Source: Macrostomum lignano (Eukaryota). Taken from it: a stretch of 64,000 bases of DNA. Positions 25,918 through 39,494 of the stretch are shown here, one piece after another (within the stretch, counting starts at the first letter, position 1; every line of letters starts with the position of its first letter). The notes below the pieces were generated by a model. The model was not told the origin of the DNA. It saw only the letters and a program-made list of their open reading frames with translations, and did not search any database. The stretch is from the NCBI GenBank assembly GCA_002269645.1, contig NIVC01001498.1, forward strand, positions 186,001-250,000, written 5' to 3'. A program made the translations under genes and the position numbers.

Positions 25918-26459
25918 CCACGATGACCAGATAGTAGCCACGATGATCAGATAGTAGCCACTATAACCAGATAGTAGCCACTATGACTAGATAGTAGCCA
26001 CTATGACTATATAGTAGCCACTATGACTAGATAGTAGCCACTATGACCAGATAGTAGCCACGATGACCAGATAGTAGCCACGATGATCAGATAGTAGCCA
26101 CTATAACCAGATAGTAGCCACTATGACTAGATAGTAGCCACTATGACTAAATAGTAGCCACTATGACTAGATAGTAGCCACTATGACTAGATAGTAGCCA
26201 CTATGACCAGATAGTAGCCACTATGACCAGATAGTAGCCACTATGACCAGATAGTAGCCACTATGACCAGATAGTAGCCACTATGACCAGATAGTAGCCA
26301 CTATGACCAGATAGTAGCCACTATGACCAGATAGTAGCCACTATGACCAGATAGTAGCCACTATGACCAGATAGTAGCCACTATGATCAGATAGTAGCCA
26401 CTATGACCAGATAGTAGCCACTATGACCAGATAGTAGCCACTATGACCAGATAGTAGCC
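25918..26459. repeat. 20-bp minisatellite (CTATGACCAGATAGTAGCCA)n
   Basis: About 27 copies. Confidence 0.97.
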
Positions 26460-26697
26460 GCCTTATCTCATAGGATCTCTTATTCTATCTTAATTGACCC
26501 ACTTTCAAGTCTGTGGTTTGCGTCAGCAGGTGCTGGGGGTGCTTACTTAATTCCCTGAGCATATCGCGCTAGCCGTCTCACTTTATAATGCAAGTGTGGA
26601 CAATGAGGCAGAACGAACTCTATAGTTCTAGCTCTCCATCTGACTGCAGCCATCATGCTTCATGCTGAAAACCCCAGCCGGATCTGGCAGACTACCT

Positions 26698-26873
26698 GGG
26701 TTGCTTTCACAAGCTCGAAATTTCACAACCTCGAAAATTTTAGCAGCCGACTTCATAAGCTCGAAATTTTACAAGCTTGAAATTTCATATCCTCGAAAAT
26801 TTTAGCAAGCGACTTCACAAGCTGCTAAAATGGTTTTCGAGGTTGTGAAATTTCGAGGTTGTGAAGCGACCCC
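26698..26873. mobile_element. MITE (non-autonomous DNA transposon) with ~50-bp TIRs and 8-9 bp TSD
   Basis: Left end GGGTTGCTTTCACAAGCTCGAAATTTCACAACCTCGAAAATTTTAGCAGC is near-identical to the reverse complement of the right end (GGGTCGCTTCACAACCTCGAAATTTCACAACCTCGAAAACCATTTTAGCAGC). Flanked by direct repeat GACTACCT(G) at 26690-26697 and 26874-26881. Interior consists of the same subunits. Confidence 0.8.
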
Positions 26874-27371
26874 GACTACCTGACTGCCCCTCAGAACTGG
26901 GCCAATAATAACTTGAGGCGCACAGTCAAAGTTAGAGCTTCAATCTGCTGAAAAAGCGACCTGCAGAGAAAGACGCCATGTCAATAATGAACATTCAGAT
27001 TTGTACTCAAGTTGACAGGGCTTTGCCAATTTACAAACGCGTACAATTTGGGCAAGTGCGCAATTAGCGGCTTATAAACTGATAAGCGAAGGAGTTGATA
27101 AACGAGTCAGCTGTTAGAAATTTGTCATATGAAAACTTTTTTTGAGTTCTTTTAACGATTCCTTGCTTAAGAAACAGCAACACAGATGAGAGATCAGTTG
27201 GATTTGCTCAGCACCTGTTGCTCATCTGATCGATCGCGATTTACAGGCGACGACAACAGTCGGATCTACCATCGGCTGCCGGAGGAGGCTTGTCAAGACG
27301 GTGGCAACAAAAGGAAAGTCAAGACGAAAAGAAGAATTAAAAAGGTAATTTGGTTAAAATGTAAAAACAGG

Positions 27372-28095
27372 GACAGAGGAGAGGAGAGTGACAGGGGAGA
27401 GGAGAGTGACAGGAGAGAGGAGAGTGACCGGAGAGAGGAGAGTGACAAGGGAGAGAAGAGTGACAGGAGAAAGGAGAGTGACAAGGGAGAGAAGAGTGAC
27501 AGGAGAGAGGAGAGTGACAGGGGAGAGGAGAGTGACAAGGCAGAGGAGAGTGACAGGATAGAGTGACAGGAGAGAGGAGAGTGACAGGATAGAGTGACAG
27601 GAGAGAGGAGAGTGACAGGAGAGAGGAGAGTGACAAGGGAGAGAAGAGTGACAGGAGAGAGGAGAGTGACAAGGGAGAGAAGAGTGACAGGAGAGAGGAG
27701 AGTGACAAGGGAGAGAAGAGTGACAGGAGAGAGGAGAGTGACAAGGGAGAGAAGAGTGACAGGAGAGAGGAGAGTGACAGGGAGAGAAGAGTGACAAGGG
27801 AGAGAAGAGTGACAGGGGAGAGGAGAGTGACAGGGAGAGAAGAGTGACAAGGGAGAGAAGAGTGACAGGGGAGAGGAGAGTGACAGGGGAGAGGAGACTG
27901 ACAGGGGAGAGGAGAGTGACAATGGAGAGAAGAGTGACAGGAGAGAGGAGAGTGACAAGGGAGAGGAGAGTGACAGGAGAGAGGAGAGTGACAAGGGAGA
28001 GAAGAGTGACAGGAGAGAGGAGAGTGACAGGAGAGAGGAGAGTGACAGGAGAGAGGAGAGTGACAAGGGAGACGAGAGTGACACGAGAGAGAAGG
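27372..28095. repeat. ~18-bp purine-rich minisatellite (GAGAGGAGAGTGACAGGA)n
   Basis: Two alternating variants (AGGAGAGTGACAGG / AGAAGAGTGACAAG). Confidence 0.93.
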
Positions 28096-28634
28096 GAGGT
28101 ATAGGCGCATTAAAAAGTGGAAGTGGGTGAAGTGAAACAAGAGAACAAGAAAAAGCGATAACACCAACAGGATTCTTGGACTTCGATTATCAATTAGATA
28201 TTATTATTTGTAGGTAATATTCAAAGGGTACTACTTAGTAGTTTGTTTAGAATTTCGCAGAGTTCCGATTTTGCAATCCAAATTTTAATTTTCTTGACTA
28301 AATAACTCTTTTAGACCCGGCCATTCATTCGGTTGGCTAATGGAATTAGCAACACCTGTTAAAAATTCCAGCTTCTAAAGAAGCCGAGCCTGTCAAAATA
28401 GTCTTCTTGGCTGTTGGCAATCAGCGAAGTTCTGCAAAGTGTACCGGAAGCGCTTCTAGTGACGGATCCGGTCTATGCGTTCGATCGCAGTCGATCTGCT
28501 AACTAAAATGAAGTTGTAACACTCTTGTACAGAGTCAAACACGTTATTTAGCTATCCAATGTGCAGGTAGCACGAGTACTGCTTTATTTGGTCGTCCAAA
28601 ATTACTTTAACTTTTCAAGCGCTGTGTAACATGC

Positions 28635-30215
28635 GATATTAGCGACTCCTAACTTAGATGTTAGTGACTGCTGACATAGATATTAGCGTCTCCTGACATA
28701 GATTTTAGCGACTCCTGACATAGATGTTAGCGACTCCTGACATGGATATTAGCGACTCCTGATATGGATATAGCGACTTCTGACGTAGATATTAGCGACT
28801 GCTGACATGGATATTAGTACTCCTGACACAGATATTAGCGAATCATGACATGGATATTAGCGACTGCTGACATAGATATTAGCTACTCCTGACATGGATA
28901 TTAGCTACTCCTGATATGGATATTAGCGACTTCTGACATAGATATTAGCGTCTCCTGACATGGATATTAGCGACTTCTGACATAGATATTAGCGTCTCCT
29001 GACATGGATATTAGCTACTCCTGATATGGATATTAGCGACTCCTGACATAGATATTAGCGTCTCCTGACATGGATATTAGCTACTCCTGATATGGATATT
29101 AGCGACTTCTGACGTAGATATTAGCTACTCCTGACATAGATATTAGCGACTGCTGACTTAGATGTTAGTGACTGCTGACATAGATATTAGCGTCTCCTGA
29201 CATAGATTTTAGCGACTCCTGACATAGATGTTAGCGACTCCTGACATGGATATTAGCGACTTCTGACATAGATATTAGCTACTCCTGACGTAGATATTAG
29301 TGACTCCTTGACATAGATATTAGCGAATCTTGACATGGATATTAGCTACTCCTGACACAGATATTAGCGACTGTTGACATAGATGTTAGCGAGTCATGAC
29401 ATGGATATTAGCGACTGTTGACATAGATGTTAGCGAGTCATGACATGGATATTAGCGACTGCTGACATAGATATTAGCGAGTCATGACATGGATATTAGC
29501 GACTGCTGACATAGATATTAGCTACTCCTGACATGGATATTAGCTACTCCTGATATGGATATTAGCGACTTCTGACGTAGATATTAGCTACTCCTGACAT
29601 AGATATTAGCGACTCCTGACTTAGATGTTAGTGACTGCTGACATAGATATTAGCTACTCCTGACGTAGATGTTAGCGACTCCTGACTTGGATGTTAGTGA
29701 CTGCTGACTTAGATGTTAGTGACTGCTGACATAGATATTAGCGTCTCCTGACATAGATTTTAGCGACTCCTGACATGGATATTAGCGACTTCTGACATAG
29801 ATATTAGCTACTCCTGACGTAGATATTAGCGAATCTTGACATGGATATTAGCTACTCCTGACACAGATATTAGCGACTGTTGACATAGATGTTAGCGAGT
29901 CATGACATGGATACTAGCGACTGCTGACATGGATATTAGCGACTGTTGACATAGATATTAGCGAATCTTGACATGGATATTAGCTACTCCTGACACAGAT
30001 ATTAGCGACTGTTGACATAGATGTTAGCTACTCCTGACATGGATATTAGCGACTTCTGACATGGATATTAGCTACTCCTGACGTAGATATTAGCGACTGC
30101 TGACACAGATATTAGCGAGTCATGACATGGATATTAGCGACTGCTGACATAGATATTAGCGAGTCATGACATGGATATTAGCGTCTCCTGACATGGATAT
30201 TAGTACTCCTGAAAC
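28635..30215. repeat. 22-bp minisatellite (GACATAGATATTAGCGACTCCT)n, diverged
   Basis: About 70 copies with many variant units. Confidence 0.95.
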
Positions 30216-30694
30216 AGTTCATGGTGACCCTTGTCTCCCAGACACATCAAATTGCAGTGCATTATTAAAAAGATGTTTCATTGAAATCAAATTTCGCCCC
30301 AATTCGAATTTGCCGCAATAATCCCGAGGATAAATGATTAATTTAAATTACATTTTTTTTCCTGTGTACGTGTAATGATATGGAAAATCTATTGGGTTCT
30401 CGTGTCTGCGGATTTTATTTAATTATAGTAATCGAGGCCCCTTGAAGCTGTATTGAATAATTGATAATTTTGCAGAGCGATACGAAAGAATTCCGCACTG
30501 TAACTATGGGGAACAAGGCGAATTCACTAATCCAATTTCAGTTGTTAATTTTTTGAAGACGTCTCAACTGAATATTTGCATCTGGTAGAGGCTTGAGATT
30601 TTTTTCTCTTGCAGCTTGTACTATCATATCCGCGATCTCTCCGTTTCGGGAAAGAGTACTCCAGCTTGCCTCAGCTCTCTTGGTTTTTCTATCC

Positions 30695-33600
30695 TCTCCA
30701 CTCCTCTCATCTCGTCTCTCTTTTCCTCTCATCTTCTCTCCTCTCATCTCGTCTCTCCTTTCCCCTCATCTTCTCTCCTCCCATCTCGTCTCTCCTTTCC
30801 CCCCATCTTCTCTCCTCCCATCTCGTCTCTCCTTCCCTCCCATCTTCTCTCCTCCCATCTCGTCTCTCCTCCCCCCCATCTTCTATCCTCCCATCTCGTC
30901 TCTCCTTCCCCCCCATCTTCTCTCCTCCCATCTCGTCTCTCCTTCCCCCCATCTTCTCTCCTCCCATCTCGTCTCTCTTTTCCCTCCCCCATCTTCTCTC
31001 CTCCCATCTCGTCTCTCCTTTCCCCCCCCCATCTTCTCTCCTCCCATCTCGTCTCTCCTTTCCCCTCATCTTCTCTCCTCTCCTCTCATCTCGTCTCTCC
31101 TTTCCCCTCATCTTCTCTCCTCCCATCTCGTCTCTCCTTTCCCCCCATCTTCTCTCCTCTCCTCCCATCTCGTCTCTCCTTTCCCTCCCCCATCTTCTCT
31201 CCTCCCATCTCGTCTCTCCTTTCCCCTCATCTTCTCTCCTCTCATCTCGTCTCTCCTTTCCCCCCATCTTCTCTCCTCCCATCTCGTCTCTCCTTTCCCC
31301 TCATCTTCTCTCCTCTCCTCTCATCTCGTCTCTCCTTTCCCCTCATCTTCTCTCCTCTCCTCTCATCTCGTCTCTTCTTTCCCCTCATCTCCTCTCCTCT
31401 CCTCTCATCTCGTCTCTCCTTTCCCCTCATCTTCTATCCTCTCCTCTCATCTCGTCTCTCCTTTCCCCTCATCTTCTCTCCTCTCCTCTCATCTCGTCTC
31501 TCCTTTCCCCTCATCTTCTCTCCTCTCCTCTCATCTCGTCTCTCCTTTCCCCCCATCTTCTCTCCTCCCATCTCGTCTCTCCTTCCCCCCCATCTTCTCT
31601 CCTCCCATCTCGTCTCTCCTTCCCCCCCATCTTCTCTCCTACCATCTCGTCTCTCCTTCCCCCCCCATCTTCTCTCCTCTCATCTCGTCTCTCCTTCCCC
31701 CCCATCTTCTCTCCTCTCATCTCGTCTCTCCTTTCCCCTCATCTTCTCTCCTCCCATCTCGTCTCTCCTTTCCCCCCATCTTCTCTCCTCCCATCTCGTC
31801 TCTCCTTCCCTCCCATCTTCTCTCCTCCCATCTCGTCTCTCCTTTCCCCCCCATCTTCTCTCTTCCCATCTCGTCTCTCCTTCCCCCCATCTTCTCTCCT
31901 CCCATCTCGTCTCTCTTTTCCCTCCCCCATCTTCTCTCCTCCCATCTCGTCTCTCCTTTCCCCCCCATCTTCTCTCCTCCCATCTCGTCTCTCCTTCCCT
32001 CCCATCTTCTCTCCTCCCATCTCGTCTCTCCTCCCCCCCCATCTTCTCTCCTCCCATCTCGTCTCTCCTTCCCCCCCATCTTCTCTCCTCCCATCTCGTC
32101 TCTCCTTCCCCCCATCTTCTCTCCTCCCATCTCGTCTCTCTTTTCCCTCCCCCATCTTCTCTCCTTCCATCTCGTCTCTCCTTTCCCCCCCATCTTCTCT
32201 CCTCCCATCTCGTCTCTCCTTTCCCCTCATCTTCTCTCCTCTCCTCTCATCTCGTCTCTCCTTTCCCCCCATCTTCTCTCCTCTCCTCTCATCTCGTCTC
32301 TCCTTTCCCCCCATCTTCTCTCCTCTCCTCCCATCTCGTCTCTCCTTTCCCTCCCCCATCTTCTCTCCTCCCATCTCGTCTCTCCTTTCCCCTCATCTTC
32401 TCTCCTCTCATCTCGTCTCTCCTTTCCCCCCATCTTCTCTCCTCCCATCTCGTCTCTCCTTTCCCCTCATCTTCTCTCCTCTCCTCTCATCTCGTTTCTC
32501 CTTTCCCCTCATCTTCTCTCCTCTCCTCTCATCTCGTCTCTCCTTTCCCCTCATCTCCTCTCCTCTCCTCTCATCTCGTCTCTCCTTTCCCCTCATCTTC
32601 TATCCTCTCCTCTCATCTCGTCTCTCCTTTCCCCTCATCTTCTCTCCTCTCCTCTCATCTCGTCTCTCCTTTCCCCTCATCTTCTCTCCTCTCCTCTCAT
32701 CTCGTCTCTCCTTTCCCCCCATCTTCTCTCCTCCCATCTCGTCTCTCCTTCCCCCCCATCTTCTCTCCTCCCATCTCGTCTCTCCTTCCCCCCATCTTCT
32801 CTCCTCCCATCTCGTCTCTCCTTCCCCCCCCATCTTCTCTCCTCTCATCTCGTCTCTCCTTCCCCCCCATCTTCTCTCCTCTCATCTCGTCTCTCCTTTC
32901 CCCTCATCTTCTCTCCTCCCATCTCGTCTCTCCTTTCCCCCCATCTTCTCTCCTCCCATCTCGTCTCTCCTTCCCTCCCATCTTCTCTCCTCCCATCTCG
33001 TCTCTCCTTCCCCCCCATCTTCTCTCCTCCCATCTCGTCTCTCCTTCCCCCCATCTTCTCTCCTCCCATCTCGTCTCTCTTTTCCCTCCCCCATCTTCTC
33101 TCCTCCCATCTCGTCTCTCCTTTCCCCCCCATCTTCTCTCCTCCCATCTCGTCTCTCCTTTCCCCCCATCTTCTCTCCTCCCATCTCGTCTCTCCTTTCC
33201 CCTCATCTTCTCTCCTCCCATCTCGTCTCTCCTTTCCCCCCATCTTCTCTCCTCCCATCTCATCTCTCCTTTCCCCCCATCTTCTCTCCTCTCCTCCATC
33301 TCGTCTCTCCTTTCCCTCCCCATCTTCTCTCCTCCCATCTCGTCTCTCCTTCCCTCCCATCTTCTCTCCTCCCATCTCGTCTCTCCTTTCCCCTCATCTT
33401 CTCTCCTCTCCTCTCATCTCTCCTTTCCCCTCATCTTCTCTCCTCTCCTCTCATCTCGTCTCTCCTTTCCCCTCATCTTCTCTCCTCTCCTCTCATCTCG
33501 TCTCTCCTTTCCCCTCATCTCCTCTCCTCTCCTCTCATCTCGTCTCTCCTTTCCCCTCATCTTCTATCCTCTCCTCTCATCTCGTCTCTCCTTTCCCCTC

Positions 33601-35300
33601 ATCTTCTCTCCTCTCCTCTCATCTCGTCTCTCCTTTCCCCTCATCTTCTCTCCTCTCCTCTCATCTCGTCTCTCCTTTCCCCCCATCTTCTCTCCTCCCA
33701 TCTCGTCTCTCCTTCCCCCCATCTTCTCTCCTCCCATCTCGTCTCTCCTTCCCCCCATCTTCTCTCCTCCCATCTCGTCTCTCCTTCCCCCCATCTTCTC
33801 TCCTCTCATCTCGTCTCTCCTTCCCCCCATCTTCTCTCCTCTCATCTCGTCTCTCCTTTCCCCCATCTTCTCTCCTCCCATCTCGTCTCTCCTTTCCCCC
33901 ATCTTCTCTCCTCCCATCTCGTCTCTCCTTCCCTCCCATCTTCTCTCCTCCCATCTCGTCTCTCCTTCCCCCCATCTTCTCTCCTCCCATCTCGTCTCTC
34001 CTTCCCCCATCTTCTCTCCTCCCATCTCGTCTCTCTTTCCCTCCCATCTTCTCTCCTCCCATCTCGTCTCTCCTTTCCCCCCATCTTCTCTCCTCCCATC
34101 TCGTCTCTCCTTTCCCCTCATCTTCTCTCCTCCCATCTCGTCTCTCCTTTCCCCCCATCTTCTCTCCTCCCATCTCATCTCTCCTTTCCCCCCATCTTCT
34201 CTCCTCTCCTCCCATCTCGTCTCTCCTTTCCCTCCCCCATCTTCTCTCCTCCCATCTCGTCTCTCCTTCCCTCCCATCTTCTCTCCTCCCATCTCGTCTC
34301 TCCTTTCCCCTCATCTTCTCTCCTCTCCTCTCATCTCTCCTTTCCCCTCATCTTCTCTCCTCTCCTCTCATCTCGTCTCTCCTTTCCCCTCATCTTCTAT
34401 CCTCTCCTCTCATCTCGTCTCTCCTTTCCCCTGATCTTCTATCCTCTCCTCTCATCTCGTCTCTCCTTTCCCCTCATCTTCTCTCCTCTCCTCTCATCTC
34501 GTCTCTCCTTTCCCCTCATCTTCTCTCCTCTCATCTCGTCTCTCCTTTCCCCTCATCTTCTCTCCTCTCATCTCGTCTCTCCTTTCCCTCCCCCATCTTC
34601 TCTCCTCCCATCTCGTCTCTCCTTTCCCCTCATCTTCTCTCCTCTCCTCTCATCTCGTCTCTCCTTTCCCCCCATCTTCTCTCCTCTCATCTCGTCTCTC
34701 CTTTCCCCTCATCTTCTCTCCTCTCTTCTCATCTCGTCTCTCCTTTCCCCTCATCTTCTCTCCTCTCCTCTCATCTCGTCTCTCCTTTCCCCTCATCTTC
34801 TATCCTCTCCTCTCATCTCGTCCCTCCTTTCCCCTGATCTTCTATCCTCTCCTCTCATCTCGTCTCTCCTTTCCCCTCATCTTCTCTCCTCTCCTCTCAT
34901 CTCGTCTCTCCTTTCCCCTCATCTTCTCTTCTCTCATCTCGTCTCTCCTTTCCCTCCCCCATCTTCTCTCCTCCCATCTCGTCTCTCCTTTCCCCTCATC
35001 TTCTCTCCTCTCATCTCGTCTCTCCTTTCCCCCCATCTTCTCTCCTCTCATCTCGTCTCTCCTTTCCCCCATCTTCTCTCCTCTCATCTCGTCTCTCCTT
35101 TCCCCTCATCTTCTCTCCTCTCATCTCGTCTCTCTTTCCCCCCCATCTTCTCTCCTCTCATCTCGTCTCTCCTCTTCTCTCCTCTCATCTCGTCTCTCCT
35201 TTCCTCTCATCTTCTCTCCACTCATCTTCTCTCATCTCATCGCATCTCATCGCATCTCATCGCATCTCATCTCCTCTTCTCAATTTTCTTCTCATCTTAA
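30695..35300. repeat. ~35-40 bp polypyrimidine satellite (CCCATCTTCTCTCCTCCCATCTCGTCTCTCCTT(T)CC)n
   Basis: 4.6 kb, overwhelmingly C/T on +. Produces the spurious 1200-1500 aa ORFs. Confidence 0.97.
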
Positions 35301-35874
35301 CCCCTTTTTGCAATATTTCTCAGTTAGTTTCATATTATCTCATCTCGTCTCAGCTCATATATTTTCGCCCCCTCTCGTCTCCTAACATCTCAACTCAACA
35401 TCTCAACAGTGATTTATGCTATTTACAGCTGAAGGACTAGAAATGAGCTAAAGAGAATCGTTACAAATATTTGACCTCCCACACTGCTTTGTCTATTTAG
35501 TTAGCCATCGCATACCACACTGGCACGGTGGTCATGTAATATACAATCTATGAGCGAAGCCACGGCCACACAATTTAGTGCACACTATATTAATCTCATT
35601 AAAATGCGAGCACACACTTCCTGACACAGGATTGTCTCGGCTCTGTCCCATTAGGCATGAGAGAGATAGAGAGAGAGAGAGAGAGAGATCTCATTTGAAA
35701 GCTGTTGAATTGACCTACACCACAAGTAAATGGATCTCTCATTTGAACATTATTTATTTTCGTTAGTTTGAGTAAGCAAATTAACTGCACAAACTTTTTT
35801 TCGAACTTTTGCATTGGTTTCTTAGAGACTGAAATTGATGCGCTTCTTATTGAATTAGCCGCTCTGACGAACTT

Positions 35875-36615
35875 TATTGCCTGTCTCTTCTCCCGCTGCC
35901 TGTCCTCTATTGCCTGTCTCTTCTCCCGCTGCCTGTCGTCTTTGCCTGTCTCTTCTCCCGCTGCCTGTCCTCTTTGCTTGTCTCTTCTCCCGCTGCCTGT
36001 CCTTTATTGCCTGTCTCTTCTCCCGCTGCCTGTCCTCTTTGCCTGTCTCTTCTCCTGCTGCCTGTCCTCTATCGCCTGTCTCTCCATCCGCTGCCTGTCC
36101 TCTATTGCCTGTCTCTTCTCCCGCTGCCTGTCCTCTATCGCCTGTCTCTCCATCCGCTGCCTGTCCTCTATTGCCTGTCTCTTCTCCCGCTGCCTGTCCT
36201 CTATTGCCTGTCTCTCCATCCGCTGGCCTGTCCTCTATCGCCTGTCTCTCCATCCGCTGCCTGTCCTCTATTGCCTGTCACTTCTCCCGCTGCCTATCCT
36301 CTATTGCCTGTCTCTTCTCCCGCTGCCTGTCCTCTATTGCCTGTCTCTTCTCCCGCTGCCTGTCCTCTATTACCTGTCTCTCCATCCGCTGGCCTGTCCT
36401 CTATCGCCTGTCTCTCCATCCGCTGCCTGTCCTCTATTGCCTGTCTCTTCTCCCGCTGCCTGTCCTCTATCGCCTGTCTCTCCATCCGCTGCCTGTCCTC
36501 TATTGCCTGTCTCTTCTCCCGCTGCCTGTCCTCTATTGCCTGTCTCTTCTATCGCTGCCTGTCCTCTATCACCTGTCTCTCCATCCGCTGCCTGTCCTCT
36601 ATCGCCTGTCTCTCC
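35875..36615. repeat. 33-bp minisatellite (TTGCCTGTCTCTTCTCCCGCTGCCTGTCCTCTA)n
   Basis: About 22 copies with two interleaved variants; followed by a short CCTGTCCTCCAA 12-mer run near 36655-36700. Confidence 0.95.
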
Positions 36616-36893
36616 ACCCCTGTCCCTCTGGTACAGCCAGTTTCTCCTCCACCCCCAACCTGTCCTCCAACCTGTCCTCCAACCTGTCCTCCAACCTGTC
36701 CTTTTAACTGTGACTTTCTTCAACTGAAAAATTCAGCGCTCCAGTCTGTTACACTCGGGAGCGGAATTATAGTCAGTGGAAAGGCAGCAACACAGCGACT
36801 TCTTGTACTTATACACTGATCCTTACTCCTGATAACCTCCTTATGATAGCCCATACAGACCTGTTGGCTGCTGCACTTCTTCCTTCCACCCAG

Positions 36894-36947
36894 TTTGCGG
36901 AACAAACCCTGAACACCCCTGGACACAGAGAGGCTGACTCCCGGGAG
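36894..36947 (+). CDS. Candidate 54-nt micro-exon of an unidentified plus-strand gene
   Basis: cttcttccttccacccag|TTTGCG...CGGGAG|gtaagc: strong acceptor and donor. Only frame 0 is open (FAEQTLNTPGHREADSRE). No partner exons or homology recognised. Confidence 0.3.
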
Positions 36948-37516
36948 GTAAGCATTATAATTATATCGGCATCAAGGACTTACCCAACCTTCCGCTAAAA
37001 TCTCCTTCTCCATCGCTTCCCAAAAGTCTGGGCCAAAGTGCCAATTGGATCAAGGTGTCTGTAACTGGGGCGCCATTGTGTCGGGTTAAACTTTCAAGGA
37101 GATTGCGAGACAAAAATCTGGGAGTAGAGAAAATCCTTCGTAAGTAGTGATGCTTCTACAATAGGAGGCTGGTTAGCAGTGTACAATATCCGTAGGACAC
37201 GGCCTTTTCTTGTATAAGTAAAGCTGAAACTAACCGGGAGTTGCTGATCCAGATTCTAGTGCTGGATCTCCTTGAAAAGAACAACCCGGAAAGCGCGCTG
37301 TTCTGCTGCCGACCCGTGTGGTCTCGGCCCGCTAATCAAAGGTTATACGGGTTTGCAATTTTTCTACTGTAGTTCTCTGGCAGGGTGTTGCACCCTGTTG
37401 CTGCTTCTGTAAAACTACCAGTTCGCTTTCGTTCCGTCACGCCAGTGTCTAACTGATTTCTTCGGGGGCTAAGGAAGAAACTCATTGGCAAGAAGGAATC
37501 AATTTACGTATATTTT

Positions 37517-39072
37517 CGATACATATCGGATTAATAATGGCCTAATTTATATTTCTATCGATACATATCGGATGAAGAATAATCTATTTTATATTTCTAT
37601 CGATACATATTGGATGTAGAATAACCTATTTTATATTTCTATCGATACATATCGGATGAAGAATAATCTATTTTATATTTCTATCGATACATATCGGATG
37701 TAGAATAATCTATTTTATATTTACTATCGATACATATCGGATGTAGAATAATCTATTTTATATTTACTATCGATACATATTGGATGTAGAATAATCTATT
37801 TTATATTTACTATCGATACATATTGGATGTAGAATAATCTATTTTATATTTACTATCGATACATATCGGATGAAGAATAATCTATTTTATATTTCTATCG
37901 ATACATATCGGATGACGAATAATCTTTTTTATATTTCTATCGATACATATCGGATGAAGAATAATCTATTTTATATTTCTATCGATACATATCGGATGAA
38001 AAATAATCTATTTTATATTTCTATCGATACATATCGGATGAAGAATAATCTATTTTATATTTCTATCGATACATATCGGATGAAGAATAATCTATTTTAT
38101 ATTTCTATCGATACATATCGGATGAAGAATAATCTATTTTATATTTCTATCGATACATTTCGGATGAACAGTAATCTATTTTTTCTATTTAATATCGATA
38201 CATATCGGATGAAGAATAACCTACTTTATATTTACTATCGATACATATCGGATGTAGAATAACCTACTTTATATTTAATATCGATACATATCGGATGTAG
38301 AATAACCTACTTTATATTTAATATCGATACATATCGGATGTAGAATAACCTATTTTATATTTACCATCGATACATATCGGATGTAGAATAACCTACTTTA
38401 TATTTACTATCGATACATATCGGATGTAGAATAACCTACTTTATATTTAATATCGATACATATCGGATGTAGAATAACCTATTTTATATTTACCATCGAT
38501 ACATATCGGATGAAGAATAACCTACTTTATATTTACTATCGATACATATCGGATGTAGAATAACCTACTTTATATTTACTATCGATACATATCGGATGTA
38601 GAATAACCTACTTTATATTTACTATCGATACATATCGGATGTAGAATAACCTACTTTATATTTAATATCGATACATATCGGATGTAGAATAACCTATTTT
38701 ATATTTACCATCGATACATATCGGATGTAGAATAACCTACTTTATATTTACTATCGATACATATCGGATGTAGAATAACCTACTTTATATTTACTATCGA
38801 TACATATCGGATGTAGAATAACCTACTTTATATTTACTATCGATACATATCGGATGTAGAATAACCTACTTTATATTTAATATCGATACATATCGGATGT
38901 AGAATAACCTATTTTATATTTACCATCGATACATATCGGATGTAGAATAACCTACTTTATATTTACTATCGATACATATCGGATGTAGAATAACCTACTT
39001 TATATTTAATATCGATACATATCGGATGTAGAATAACCTATTTTATATTTACCATTGATACATATCGGATGA
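37517..39072. repeat. 43-bp AT-rich minisatellite (ATCGATACATATCGGATGTAGAATAACCTACTTTATATTTACT)n
   Basis: About 36 copies with variant domains. Confidence 0.97.
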
Positions 39073-39494
39073 AGAAGGGCCTAATTTATATTCTACTTGT
39101 ATTTAGTCTCTATGCATACCGAGTGGTCAATTAAGCAAATTGAACCGTCCAAAACTTACTTTCCTGGGAGTGCGCTTGGCAAAAGCAATGTAGAAAACTT
39201 TCATTAAACAAAGCAACCGGGTTTCATTCTCAGAATGTAAAATTTTAACCCCAGAAAATTTTTTCTTCAAATCTGCTCAAAGCGCTTGAAGGGGTGGCAA
39301 TTTAATTAACAAAAACGACAGAGAATCTTGAAGAAAAACTTTGCCCCACCCAGGGGAATTAGTGACTTCCCCCACCCAACAAAGGGGAACAAAAAGTTGA
39401 AGTATAGCTGTTGACAAAAGTGTTTTTTTCCTGGAAGATCTGGCACTTTGGCTCAAAGAAATAATTAAGTCCCTCCCAGTTTTCTCATCTCCCC

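Noticed and set aside
30593-35300. 1272-1563 aa ORFs on the + strand
   Set aside because: Translations of a polypyrimidine satellite that lacks stop codons; open in all three frames.
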